Assembly: GCA_016699995.1 (NCBI GenBank) | Contig: CP064996.1 | Span: forward strand, 478,330-526,583 | Length of the DNA stretch: 48,254 nt | Direction of reading: 5' to 3' | Source: a bacterium | Lineage (GTDB): Bacteria; Patescibacteriota; Doudnabacteria; UBA920 | Shown here: positions 8,964-19,484 of the stretch, one piece after another | Numbering within the stretch: position 1 is the first letter of the stretch | Layout: each line of letters opens with the position of its first letter | The notes under the pieces: generated by a model | Seen by the model: only the letters and a program-made list of their open reading frames with translations | Database searches by the model: none | What the model was told of the DNA's origin: nothing | Program-made: the position numbers and the translations under genes

Positions 8964-9338
8964 GTGATACACCAGACTACCAAGCAATATTTGCTCCCAT
9001 TACTGGCTGGTAGCGTGGTCGCTATCACCGGGTTTATCTTTACAATTATCTACACTGACCCCTATCAGGCAGGAGTTTTAGGTCATATCATCTTCTACCT
9101 GACCTTATTCCTATTTACTTGCGGAATTTTCAGCATCATCAACCTGCTGATACGTAAAAGATTCTTTCCGGGGATATATTCGGAATTATTCCGAGTAAGC
9201 TTAAGGCAAGGGATTATTATCGGAATACTCATTACCAGCCTAGTATTTCTAGAAGCGATAAACCTCCTTTTCTGGTGGGTAGGGCTCACACTTGCGCTCT
9301 TCCTGATTGCTCTGGAATCATTTTTGACATCAAACTAA
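8964..9338 (+). CDS. hypothetical multi-pass membrane protein
   Basis: GTG-start ORF with four hydrophobic helices. TGgTATAAT lies at 8946-8954, 9 nt upstream. Confidence 0.5.
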   Translation: MIHQTTKQYLLPLLAGSVVAITGFIFTIIYTDPYQAGVLGHIIFYLTLFLFTCGIFSIINLLIRKRFFPGIYSELFRVSLRQGIIIGILITSLVFLEAINLLFWWVGLTLALFLIALESFLTSN

Positions 9339-9345
9339 AAATAAA

Positions 9346-10755
9346 ATGGCCGCAACACAAGAACACACACCATTCTACAATGTAATGCCAGACGTAACTA
9401 CTGGCACTATTACCAAACCGAAGACATCTCCGGTTGTTGCTACTGCGCCTGTTAGCGCTAAGCCTGCGGCGGATTTACCTCAACCACCAAAGATCAAAAG
9501 CGGCCCAATTAGCATCCCGCCAGCAGCGCGAAGGGCAAGCAAAAAGCGTTTTTACATATTCTTGGCGATCGCTTTATTTATAATCATCACCGCCACCGGA
9601 GCCGGCTTCTATCTAATGATGTCTAACGATCAAGCGGAGGATAACGGCGCCAAGGTCGCGAATAACGAAGAACAAGCCAATCCGGATGTCACCACTCCTG
9701 GGGAATGGCTGCAACGATACTTCGGCGCAGAAACTTGTACAGAACTGGTTACCTGCGGCGACAAATCCGACCCGGATCGGGATGGTATGGACAATAAGTC
9801 CGAATATGAAAAGGGCACCGATCCTAACAATAACGACAGTGACCGTGACGGTATTGCCGACGGAGATGAAGTCTTAATTTTTGGCAGCGATCCCTTGATC
9901 TCAAAAACTTACCGTGAAGGAACATATACCGACTCTGATTTCATTAAAGGCGGTTATGACATTCAGACCAACGAACCATACACCAACGAGCGATTGCTGA
10001 CAATTAAAACAATGATCAAGCAATACGGCTTGCATCAACCGACACTTACTACGCTGGGAACACTATCTTTTCAGTTATACGAATTTACCGATCCTAGCCA
10101 GCCAAGCCTGCCGGCAGACTTGGACCTCAGCCCCCAAGCCAAGCTAGACCGCGACAGTCAGCGGCAAAGCACCATTAAAAAAGTAGGGGCAGCTTTGTTA
10201 AAGTACCAGGCAGAAAAAAAGAGCTATCCTCCAACTGACGACTTTGTGGTAATGGCGGACATGGTTAAGTCATTTAATCCGGTAGCTACCAATTACAATG
10301 ACCCCATTGCTCGCGATCCTTATGTTTACGGATATACTGCAACAAGCAATAATGCCGATTTCGTACTTACTTACTACAGCGAAACCCAAAATCAGCTCAT
10401 CAAATACTTTGCAAAAGACGCCCAGGCTGATGCCGCTAAAGATACCAGCAAACAGGCCGATGAACAGAGAAAGCGGGATTTGGAAAATATCGCTGAGGCC
10501 TTATTAACATATTCTTTGACTCAAATAGAACCCGACAGCGACAAAGAATTTGTTTTCCCTGCAGCCGATAAGCTTCGCTCCTCTCTAATTCCAAAATACA
10601 TGACCCAAATGCCGACTGACCCAATCAGTAAGCTTGATTACCTATACCAGGTTGGTCCCGCGTTCGACACCTTTACCATTAAGGCGCAGTTGCAAAATCC
10701 AACCACCGGCACCACTGGTTATATGTGTAATCAAGACGAATGTAAAGCTTATTAA
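9346..10755 (+). CDS. membrane-anchored secreted protein with Asp-rich Ca-binding-type repeats and two pseudopilin-like segments
   Basis: A TM helix at about aa 70-90. DPDRDGMDNKSEYEKGTDPNNNDSDRDGIADGDE resembles thrombospondin type-3 repeats. Segments AALLKYQAEKKSYP and EALLTYSL resemble T2SS-G/pilin-like folds. Confidence 0.6.
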   Translation: MAATQEHTPFYNVMPDVTTGTITKPKTSPVVATAPVSAKPAADLPQPPKIKSGPISIPPAARRASKKRFYIFLAIALFIIITATGAGFYLMMSNDQAEDNGAKVANNEEQANPDVTTPGEWLQRYFGAETCTELVTCGDKSDPDRDGMDNKSEYEKGTDPNNNDSDRDGIADGDEVLIFGSDPLISKTYREGTYTDSDFIKGGYDIQTNEPYTNERLLTIKTMIKQYGLHQPTLTTLGTLSFQLYEFTDPSQPSLPADLDLSPQAKLDRDSQRQSTIKKVGAALLKYQAEKKSYPPTDDFVVMADMVKSFNPVATNYNDPIARDPYVYGYTATSNNADFVLTYYSETQNQLIKYFAKDAQADAAKDTSKQADEQRKRDLENIAEALLTYSLTQIEPDSDKEFVFPAADKLRSSLIPKYMTQMPTDPISKLDYLYQVGPAFDTFTIKAQLQNPTTGTTGYMCNQDECKAY

Positions 10756-10757
10756 CG

Positions 10758-11216
10758 ATGTTAAATTTCCTAAAAAATTTCTTTGGAGTAAAAACTGCAA
10801 ACGCTCCGTCTATAGATGACAATAGCCAGGCGGCTAACAAACCGGCTAGCAAAACTATCGGTGATCCTCTGATTATCGCAGCCAAAGTTACAAAAATCGA
10901 AAAGCACCCTAACGCGGATAGACTCCGCGTTATTAGCTTAACCGATGGTACAAGAACCATAGAGCCTGTGATTTGCGGAGCATTCAACTTTGTAGAAGGG
11001 GATATAGTGGCCCTAGCCTTACCCGGCGCTAAAATCGCCCAAAACATTCATTCCGATACTCACGAATCATTTATATTGGGTACAGCCAAAATACGGGGTA
11101 TAGAAAGCCAAGGCATGATCTGCGCACAATTCGAGCTGGGGTTAACATCCGAACCGGGAGATAAGCCGGAAATTATGATATTGCCGGCAAACACGGAACT
11201 TGGTAAAATGCTATAA
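10758..11216 (+). CDS. stand-alone tRNA-binding domain protein (PheT N-terminal/EMAP/CsaA-like)
   Basis: KIEKHPNADRLRVISLTDG...PVICGAFNFVEGDIVALALPGAKI matches the OB-fold tRNA-binding domain found at the N-terminus of bacterial PheT. Confidence 0.8.
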   Translation: MLNFLKNFFGVKTANAPSIDDNSQAANKPASKTIGDPLIIAAKVTKIEKHPNADRLRVISLTDGTRTIEPVICGAFNFVEGDIVALALPGAKIAQNIHSDTHESFILGTAKIRGIESQGMICAQFELGLTSEPGDKPEIMILPANTELGKML

Positions 11217-11218
11217 CT

Positions 11219-12367
11219 ATGGCAAATTTAGAAATTTCACCCCAGGAGCTTGAGCGCCAGAAAGCGCTCATCGCTGAGCTCGACAAAAGAACAGACAGTG
11301 AAGCCGGCCGCATCAAGCGGTATTTAAATATGGCTGACTTGTCCCGCCAAGACTCCGGACCCATCCGGGAATTAGTGAATAACATAACCGGACTGGACCA
11401 ATTTAAAGATTTTGACATTATCAAGATACCAGAAATCGTACCAGCAAGCGCAAGCTTCGATTTATTCAACTTTCCAGAAGACCATGTAGCTCGCAGCAAA
11501 AGCGATACTTATTATGTAGATGATGAAAACATTCTCCGCACCCATACTACGGTTATGTGGTGGTATTACTTCCAAAAGGAAGAGGTTAAAGCAAAAATGG
11601 TTGCGAACCAGCCATTAGGGGTTTTATGTCATGGAAAAGTTTATCGCAAAGACGAAATCGACCGCAACCACATGAATATCTTTCACCAAATGGATGGACT
11701 ATACCTTCACCCCACCAGCGAGCGGACTATAACCCAGGATGACCTTAAAGAAGCATTAGCAAATGTTGTAAAAGCCGCTTTCGGTGCCGATGTAAAATAT
11801 CGATTCAATGACGACAATTTCCCTTACACTCATTCTTCTTTAGAAATGGAAGTGGACAAAGACGGGCAATGGATAGAAGTGCTCGGAGCCGGCTTAGTGC
11901 AGCCTGGGGTTTTAGAAAAGCTGAATGTGGATCCAAACCAGTATAATGGCTGGGCCTTCGGCTTCGGCTTGGAAAGGTTAGCTATTATAGGCATGGAGCT
12001 GCCAGATATCCGCTTATTATGGAGCCAGGATCCGCGCGTAACCAAACAGCTAAAACTGGGGCGAAAATTTGTGGAGGTCAGTAAATACCCTCCGATTATT
12101 CGCGATATTTCATTCATCGTAGATAAGTCCTTTGAACCCAATACTTACTTCGACTTGATCCGCGATATCGGGGGCGACCTGGTAGAGCAGGTTGAACTTT
12201 TAGATAAATATGAAAATGCAGAAAAATTCGGAGCGGACAAGGTGTCTTACACTTACCGCATCACGTATCGCAGCACAGAGCGCACCTTAGAAGCCGAAGA
12301 AATAGAGCCGCTTCAGGACCAGATATACAAACAAACGGCGGAACAATTTGGCGCCGAGCTGCGATAA
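11219..12367 (+). CDS. pheS: phenylalanyl-tRNA synthetase, single-chain mitochondrial-type (PheS catalytic core fused to an FDX-ACB anticodon-binding domain)
   Basis: Class II core: RTHTT, GKVYRKDEIDRNHMNIFHQMDG, FPYTHSSLEMEV and GWAFGFGLERLAII. The C-terminal KYPPIIRDISFIV...DLIRDIGGDLVEQVELLDKY...YRITYRSTERTL is an FDX-ACB domain, collinear with mitochondrial PheRS as I recall it. Confidence 0.85.
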   Translation: MANLEISPQELERQKALIAELDKRTDSEAGRIKRYLNMADLSRQDSGPIRELVNNITGLDQFKDFDIIKIPEIVPASASFDLFNFPEDHVARSKSDTYYVDDENILRTHTTVMWWYYFQKEEVKAKMVANQPLGVLCHGKVYRKDEIDRNHMNIFHQMDGLYLHPTSERTITQDDLKEALANVVKAAFGADVKYRFNDDNFPYTHSSLEMEVDKDGQWIEVLGAGLVQPGVLEKLNVDPNQYNGWAFGFGLERLAIIGMELPDIRLLWSQDPRVTKQLKLGRKFVEVSKYPPIIRDISFIVDKSFEPNTYFDLIRDIGGDLVEQVELLDKYENAEKFGADKVSYTYRITYRSTERTLEAEEIEPLQDQIYKQTAEQFGAELR

Positions 12368-12378
12368 AGCATCATTGA

Positions 12379-12408
12379 CAACATACCGATTCATTGGTAT
12401 GTTGTTTT
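12379..12408 (+). terminator. intrinsic terminator after pheS
   Basis: 9-bp stem caacatacc/ggtatgttg followed by tttt. Confidence 0.7.
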
Positions 12409-12437
12409 AAATTGAAAACCTAAGGGAGGTTTGTTGA

Positions 12438-12875
12438 ATGGAGTATATTCAATTCACTGATAACCGCTATGGCATAGTATGTCCGGGCAAAGCTCTTACA
12501 GGCCAAACACATTTACTGCGTATCAAAGGTGCGCTATATCCGGACAGTAACAAAATAAATACCCATCGCTTTGGCTATGCATTGGTTGAGAATTTAAGAA
12601 AGCTATGGATGATTTATGACATTTCCGACCCTGGAAAAAAGGTATCAACTATAAAGCACAAATTGGCAGTTACCCAGTTTTTTGTAAACTTTTCTTTTAG
12701 GGCTTTCCTTTACGAAAAGCACGCGCCTTGCAAAGGATCAATTTTTGGTGGCAAGACGTTTGAGGAAATTACTAAAAATTACATGTACAGAGTTAAGTGC
12801 CTGGAAACCGGTTTAGAGCAGAAACTTGACCCCATCGAGATCGAGTTGAAATTGAAAAAATCTATATCAATTTAA
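12438..12875 (+). CDS. hypothetical protein, 145 aa
   Basis: ORF preceded by GGGAGG 8 nt upstream and followed by a terminator. No motif recognised. Confidence 0.5.
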   Translation: MEYIQFTDNRYGIVCPGKALTGQTHLLRIKGALYPDSNKINTHRFGYALVENLRKLWMIYDISDPGKKVSTIKHKLAVTQFFVNFSFRAFLYEKHAPCKGSIFGGKTFEEITKNYMYRVKCLETGLEQKLDPIEIELKLKKSISI

Positions 12876-12884
12876 TCTCAATAT

Positions 12885-12908
12885 ACCGCATATTCATGCG
12901 GTTTTTTA
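12885..12908 (+). terminator. intrinsic terminator
   Basis: Stem accgcat/atgcggt followed by tttttatt. Confidence 0.7.
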
Positions 12909-12971
12909 TTACTTCTTCCGTTAGAAAAACAGTGTTCAATATGATATAATTTAAGTACCTAAAATCAGTAA

Positions 12972-15122
<2,151 letters not shown>

Positions 15123-15126
15123 ACGT

Positions 15127-15150
15127 AAAACCGGCTCTCGCCGGTTTTAT
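15127..15150 (+). terminator. intrinsic terminator after gyrB
   Basis: Stem aaaaccggc/gccggtttt with loop tctc. Confidence 0.75.
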
Positions 15151-15198
15151 TGACTCCGAGGCGTGTTTATGCTACCTTAAAGCGTTACAGGAGGAAAC

Positions 15199-15885
15199 AT
15201 GCTAAAGGAAATACTCACAAAATCGAACCAGCCCTGGCTAAGCGAAGAGGGAGACCTTCTCATCTTGGGAGAGATCAATGCAATAGACCACGAAGATTTA
15301 ACCTTGTGTGAAATTGGTCTGAGGGAAGTTAATCTTGAAGACGAAGAGGTGATCCTGCAAGACCCACCAATTGTCTTGAAGAAGCTTTACTTTGTAAAGC
15401 AAAAGTACGAATCACTAATGTTAAATTTTAAGAATGACGCCCAAGAATTGCTAGAGCGGCCATACTTCTCTAAGAACCAATTCCTGGATGATCTACACAA
15501 GCACAGCCATGATATTAAGGAGATTTTACTAAAGCTGCGCTGTATAGAGACCCTTCTAAACATCTTTATGATGGAGCTGACAGGGTGGAAGTGCCAAGTT
15601 AATTTCGACATGCGTGCCGGCTGGATAGTCGTAGACAGAACCAAAGGCTATCTCCGGAAGAGAAGGGAGATGCAAGCCGAAATGATCCAGGAGGCCAAGG
15701 AAGATTTTGCGAGGATCATGAAGGAAGAGTACGGTATTGACCCGGATCAGGTTAATTACGCAGATGCTGCGATCGTTTCTGAAGAAGGGGAGATAATTCC
15801 TTTGTCCACTAATATGGACGAGCCCGTCGAAGAGAACTGGGACTTCCCAGACGATGGCATTATTACAACCAAGGACGACAAATAA
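15199..15885 (+). CDS. hypothetical acidic protein, 228 aa
   Basis: ORF with AGGAGG 6 nt upstream and a terminator downstream. No motif recognised. Confidence 0.55.
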   Translation: MLKEILTKSNQPWLSEEGDLLILGEINAIDHEDLTLCEIGLREVNLEDEEVILQDPPIVLKKLYFVKQKYESLMLNFKNDAQELLERPYFSKNQFLDDLHKHSHDIKEILLKLRCIETLLNIFMMELTGWKCQVNFDMRAGWIVVDRTKGYLRKRREMQAEMIQEAKEDFARIMKEEYGIDPDQVNYADAAIVSEEGEIIPLSTNMDEPVEENWDFPDDGIITTKDDK

Positions 15886-15887
15886 AT

Positions 15888-15915
15888 AACCGGAAGCGAA
15901 TTGCTTCCGGTTTTA
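15888..15915 (+). terminator. intrinsic terminator
   Basis: Stem aaccggaagc/gcttccggtt followed by ttat. Confidence 0.75.
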
Positions 15916-15924
15916 TATTGGAAT

Positions 15925-15954
15925 TTGACCAAGTCGGGAAATCTATAGTATAAT
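15925..15954 (+). promoter_or_regulatory. candidate promoter of secE-nusG (TTGACC-18 nt-TATAAT)
   Basis: TTGACC at 15925-15930 and TATAAT at 15949-15954. A GNRA hairpin (gccct-gcga-agggt) follows at about 15962-15975. Confidence 0.5.
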
Positions 15955-16026
15955 AGGTGAAAGCCCTGCGAAGGGTTTTAAAAAAGCTTAAAATATAATC
16001 AATATTTGGCTTAATTAAAAGGAATT

Positions 16027-16209
16027 ATGTCTAGAATCTTTAAATATTTTCGCGATGTTCGTAGCGAAGTTGCCAAAGTGGTTTGGCTTTCGCGCTCTGA
16101 TGCTGTCCGTTACACAATCGCAGTTATCGTATTTTCTTTAGTCTTTGCCGCCATCTTAGGCGCAGCCGACTATGGCTTGCTTAAAGGCTTTGAACAACTC
16201 ATTAAATAA
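16027..16209 (+). CDS. secE: preprotein translocase subunit SecE
   Basis: 60 aa. F(R)DVRSEVAKVVW plus a single C-terminal TM helix, located directly upstream of nusG. Confidence 0.85.
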   Translation: MSRIFKYFRDVRSEVAKVVWLSRSDAVRYTIAVIVFSLVFAAILGAADYGLLKGFEQLIK

Positions 16210-16253
16210 TCTTAAGCGCTTTTGGCAAAGCCAAAATCAGCGCAAAATAAAGT

Positions 16254-16799
16254 ATGTCTAAACAACAAGTAACCGGCGAGAAGCACTGGTACGTGCTTCA
16301 TACTTATAGCGGGTACGAAGACAGCGTCGCCCTCAACTTAAAACAGCGTATCGAAAACCTCAACATGCAGGACAAGATCTTCGACGCGATTGTGCCAAAG
16401 GAAAAAAAGATTAAGATCCGCGACGGTAAACGTACCACTTTTGAGGAAAAGATTTTCCCAGGCTATGTTTTAGTTAACATGATTGTAACCGACGACTCCT
16501 GGTACGTAGTCCGTAACACTCCTAACGTAACCGGATTCGTAGGCAGCGGAACTATTCCTACTCCTGTAGCAGAAGAAGAATGGAATTATTTGCAAAAGCG
16601 CATGGGCGCGGAAGAACCAAAGTTTAAAGTCGATTTCGAAGTCGGCGAACTGGTTCAAATTGTCGACGGTCCGTTTAAGGATTACGAAGGAAAAATCGGC
16701 GAACTCGACCAAGCTAAGGGCAAAGTCAAGGTAATGGTTACTATTTTCGGACGCGAAACTCCGGTAGAACTCGATTTCCTTCAGATTAAAAAGATCTAA
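16254..16799 (+). CDS. nusG: transcription termination/antitermination factor NusG
   Basis: WYVLHTYSGYE NGN domain and a KOW motif (GELVQIVDGPFKDYEGKIGELD). Confidence 0.95.
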   Translation: MSKQQVTGEKHWYVLHTYSGYEDSVALNLKQRIENLNMQDKIFDAIVPKEKKIKIRDGKRTTFEEKIFPGYVLVNMIVTDDSWYVVRNTPNVTGFVGSGTIPTPVAEEEWNYLQKRMGAEEPKFKVDFEVGELVQIVDGPFKDYEGKIGELDQAKGKVKVMVTIFGRETPVELDFLQIKKI

Positions 16800-16968
16800 T
16801 ATATTTTGTATTTTCTCGCAGCCTCTGCTTAACAGAGGCTTCGGAATAAATCCAAAAATGGATTCAATTAACAAGTAGTTGGCTTGCGAATACGTTCGCA
16901 GTCTCGTCCCTTTTCTGCTGGCGGCATGCCCAACAGCAAAAAAGAATAGAAAGGATTACTACAAGCAT

Positions 16969-17394
16969 ATGGCAAAGAAAATTAAATCTATGGTGAAGTT
17001 GCAGCTCCCAGCCGGAAAAGCAACTCCCGCACCTCCAGTAGGTACTGCGCTGGGACCACACGGTATCAATATCGCAGAATTTACTAAAGCGTTTAACGAT
17101 CAGACAAATCAGCTAGGGGATACCATCATCCCGGTCGAAATGACCATTTATGAAGATCGTTCGTTCACATTTATTCTAAAAACCCCGCCAGCTTCTGTCT
17201 TGATTCGCAAGGCAGCCGGGTTAGCAAAAGGTTCCAGCAACCCGTTGACCACCAAGGTAGGTAAAATTACTTCGGCACAGGTCCGAGAAATTGCAGAAAC
17301 TAAAATGCCCGACCTGAATGCTGTAGACGTAGAGGCGGCCGAAAAGATCATCCGCGGCACTGCTCGCAGCATGGGCGTGGAAATCAAAGATTAA
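16969..17394 (+). CDS. rplK: 50S ribosomal protein L11
   Basis: [35 protein letters not shown]. The ATG at 16969 is preferred over the upstream start in the track. Confidence 0.95.
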   Translation: MAKKIKSMVKLQLPAGKATPAPPVGTALGPHGINIAEFTKAFNDQTNQLGDTIIPVEMTIYEDRSFTFILKTPPASVLIRKAAGLAKGSSNPLTTKVGKITSAQVREIAETKMPDLNAVDVEAAEKIIRGTARSMGVEIKD

Positions 17395-17456
17395 GTCATA
17401 ATTAACTGTGGCACTCAAGCCGGCACTGCTGCGCTAAACATGCCATCCAAAACGAA

Positions 17457-17816
17457 ATGAACTTATCATGGATCAAAAAAGTGTACCTTTACATGGTATC
17501 GCTTATCTCTCTGGTAATCCTAGTGATCGCCGGAATCATCCTCATTAACCTAGCGCTTAAAACCTGGGTATTCCCCAAGGCGGATACTAATTACTATGCA
17601 CCGGTTATGCGGGTCAATTGCGAATCCCTAAGTGAAGCGGATCGCAAATTGGAACCGTACTGCAGCGACCCAGAGTTTGCAGCCAAGGAAGAACAGCGTG
17701 CTAAAGAGGATCGGGCTGCCCAAAAGCAGCGCGATGCCTCCCAGGCATTAGCCATGATTATTGTTGCCAGTCCAGTGTTCTTTTATCACTGGAAGCTAGC
17801 TCGCAAAGAAGCGTAA
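17457..17816 (+). CDS. hypothetical two-TM membrane protein inserted between rplK and rplA
   Basis: 119-aa ORF with N- and C-terminal hydrophobic helices flanking a charged Cys-containing loop. Confidence 0.5.
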   Translation: MNLSWIKKVYLYMVSLISLVILVIAGIILINLALKTWVFPKADTNYYAPVMRVNCESLSEADRKLEPYCSDPEFAAKEEQRAKEDRAAQKQRDASQALAMIIVASPVFFYHWKLARKEA

Positions 17817-17824
17817 ATTATTAT

Positions 17825-17920
17825 TAGAATGCGGGAATATTTATAAAGTAGGTAGTCTGCTAGCGCCAGACCGCGCAGCGGTCAAGAGCGCTGCCTACGT
17901 ATAAATATTCCTGCATTCTA
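17825..17920 (+). promoter_or_regulatory. 96-nt structured inverted-repeat element upstream of rplA
   Basis: The 21-nt arms 17825-17845 and 17900-17920 are fully complementary, with one G.U if read as RNA. They enclose a GC-rich 54-nt core that can form further helices, for example gtaggta/tgcctac and tctg/caga. Confidence 0.45.
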
Positions 17921-17979
17921 AAAAACATTAATTGGTGGGAGAGCAGAGATACCTGCTCGCAGACCACGAAAGGAAATTT

Positions 17980-18663
17980 ATGACAAAATTGTCAAAGCGC
18001 GTTAAAGCTAACACAGAACAAATCGAAAAGGATAAAGTTTACACTTTAGAGGAAGCTATCGACTTAGCAAAGAAAACTGCTACTACTAAATTCGTCGGCA
18101 GCATCGAAGTGCATGTCCGCACTTCCATTGATGCCCGCAAGACAGACCAGGCTATTCGCGGCTCCGTAACTTTGCCTCACGGCACAGGCAAGACTAAAAA
18201 AATTGCCGCATTCGTATCCGAAGGTAAAGAAGCCGAAGCCAAAGAGGCCGGCGCGGACATCGTTGGCGGCGAAGACTTAATCAAGAAGATTAAGGAAACC
18301 GAAAAAACTGATTTCGACGTAGCAATTGCAGAACCTAGCATGATGCCTAAACTGGCGATTATCGCAAAAATTTTAGGTACCCGAGGCATGATGCCTAACC
18401 CTAAAACTGGCACTATTTCGGACAACATCGCAGGAGCGATAAAGGAAATTGCCGGCGGTAAAATTAACTTCAAGAATGACAACACTGGCAACGTTCATCA
18501 AATTATTGGCAAGACCAATTTTGAATCTAGTCAGTTAATTGAAAATCTTAAAAAGTTTTTGGAAGCTCTTCATGCTTCTAAGCCAGCTGCGGTAAAGAAG
18601 CAGTTTGTAGTAAACGCATCACTTAACTCATCTATGGGTCCGGGGATAAAGTTTAAAGCATAG
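17980..18663 (+). CDS. rplA: 50S ribosomal protein L1
   Basis: MTKLSKRVK...YTLEEAIDLAKK...FVGSIEVHVRT...GSVTLPHGTGK. The ATG at 17980 follows AAAGGA. Confidence 0.95.
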   Translation: MTKLSKRVKANTEQIEKDKVYTLEEAIDLAKKTATTKFVGSIEVHVRTSIDARKTDQAIRGSVTLPHGTGKTKKIAAFVSEGKEAEAKEAGADIVGGEDLIKKIKETEKTDFDVAIAEPSMMPKLAIIAKILGTRGMMPNPKTGTISDNIAGAIKEIAGGKINFKNDNTGNVHQIIGKTNFESSQLIENLKKFLEALHASKPAAVKKQFVVNASLNSSMGPGIKFKA

Positions 18664-18668
18664 ATTCC

Positions 18669-18697
18669 AACAGCGCCTTCGGGCGCTGTTTTTTGTT
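18669..18697 (+). terminator. intrinsic terminator after rplA
   Basis: Stem aacagcgcc/ggcgctgtt with loop ttcg, followed by ttttgttt. Confidence 0.8.
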
Positions 18698-18804
18698 TCT
18701 AAGAATATTTCCCGATTAATAATACTCTTAAGATTATAAGCACGTCACCTTTCAAAATTTAGAGATTCTGTTATAATAGGTCTAAAATCATCGGAGGAAT
18801 GACC

Positions 18805-19407
18805 ATGAAAGCCAGTAAAGAAACTCTAGCTCAAGAGCTTGCCCTGGCTAGCCTTATTGCCAGCGGAGATCAAGCAGCCTTTGAAAAGCTCTATAGTGCC
18901 ACGCATCGCAAAGTTTTTAGTATCTGCTACCGAATGACCAAAGATCCAGAACTGGCGGAAGACCTATGCCAACAGACTTACATCCAAATTTGGAAAAAAA
19001 TCGGTAAGTTCCGCGGCCAGTCAAGGCTTTCGACATGGATCCATCGCATAGCCGTTAACGAAGCGTTAATGCATTTTCGCAAGGCGCATGTCCGACATGA
19101 AAGCAAGTATACGGAGAGTGAATCAACAGAAGTTCAATTCGCTCTGGAACGTTACGCCGCCCCCAGCAACGAAGATTTGAGGATCGATCTGGAAAAAGCT
19201 ATAGGGCAACTGCCTAAGGGATATTTCCAGGTGTTCACACTCAAGGAAATCGAAGGGTTAGAGCATACAGAAATTGCGCAAACGCTCGGCACGTCCGAAG
19301 GCACAAGCAAATCCCAGCTATCGAAAGCCAGGGAGAAAATGAAACGTTTACTAAACCGAAAGGTTAACCCAAAAATCTACCCCTCTCTAGCCGAAGGCTT
19401 GCATTAA
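18805..19407 (+). CDS. ECF-type RNA polymerase sigma factor (sigma-70 family, group 4)
   Basis: Region 2 (LCQQTYIQIWKKIGKFRG...WIHRIAVNEALMHFRK) and region 4 HTH (EIAQTLGTSEGTSKSQLSKAREKM). The ATG at 18805 has better spacing from GGAGGA than the one at 18799. Confidence 0.85.
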   Translation: MKASKETLAQELALASLIASGDQAAFEKLYSATHRKVFSICYRMTKDPELAEDLCQQTYIQIWKKIGKFRGQSRLSTWIHRIAVNEALMHFRKAHVRHESKYTESESTEVQFALERYAAPSNEDLRIDLEKAIGQLPKGYFQVFTLKEIEGLEHTEIAQTLGTSEGTSKSQLSKAREKMKRLLNRKVNPKIYPSLAEGLH

Positions 19408-19414
19408 TGGACAT

Positions 19415-19442
19415 AAAACCGCACAAACAGTGCGGTTTTTTA
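19415..19442 (+). terminator. intrinsic terminator
   Basis: Stem aaaaccgca/tgcggtttt followed by a T-run. Confidence 0.75.
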
Positions 19443-19484
19443 TTATTTTTTGGGCTTTTCTGGGAGTCATAGTTGTAGTAAAAT

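Noticed and set aside
16821-16968. Hairpins in the 170-nt nusG-rplK spacer (gcctctg/cagaggc at 16821-16839; tgcgaa/ttcgca near 16891-16905), considered as an L1/L11 leader.
   Set aside because: The stems are short, without a T-tract or recognisable similarity to the L1-binding motif. This cannot be supported without covariation data.
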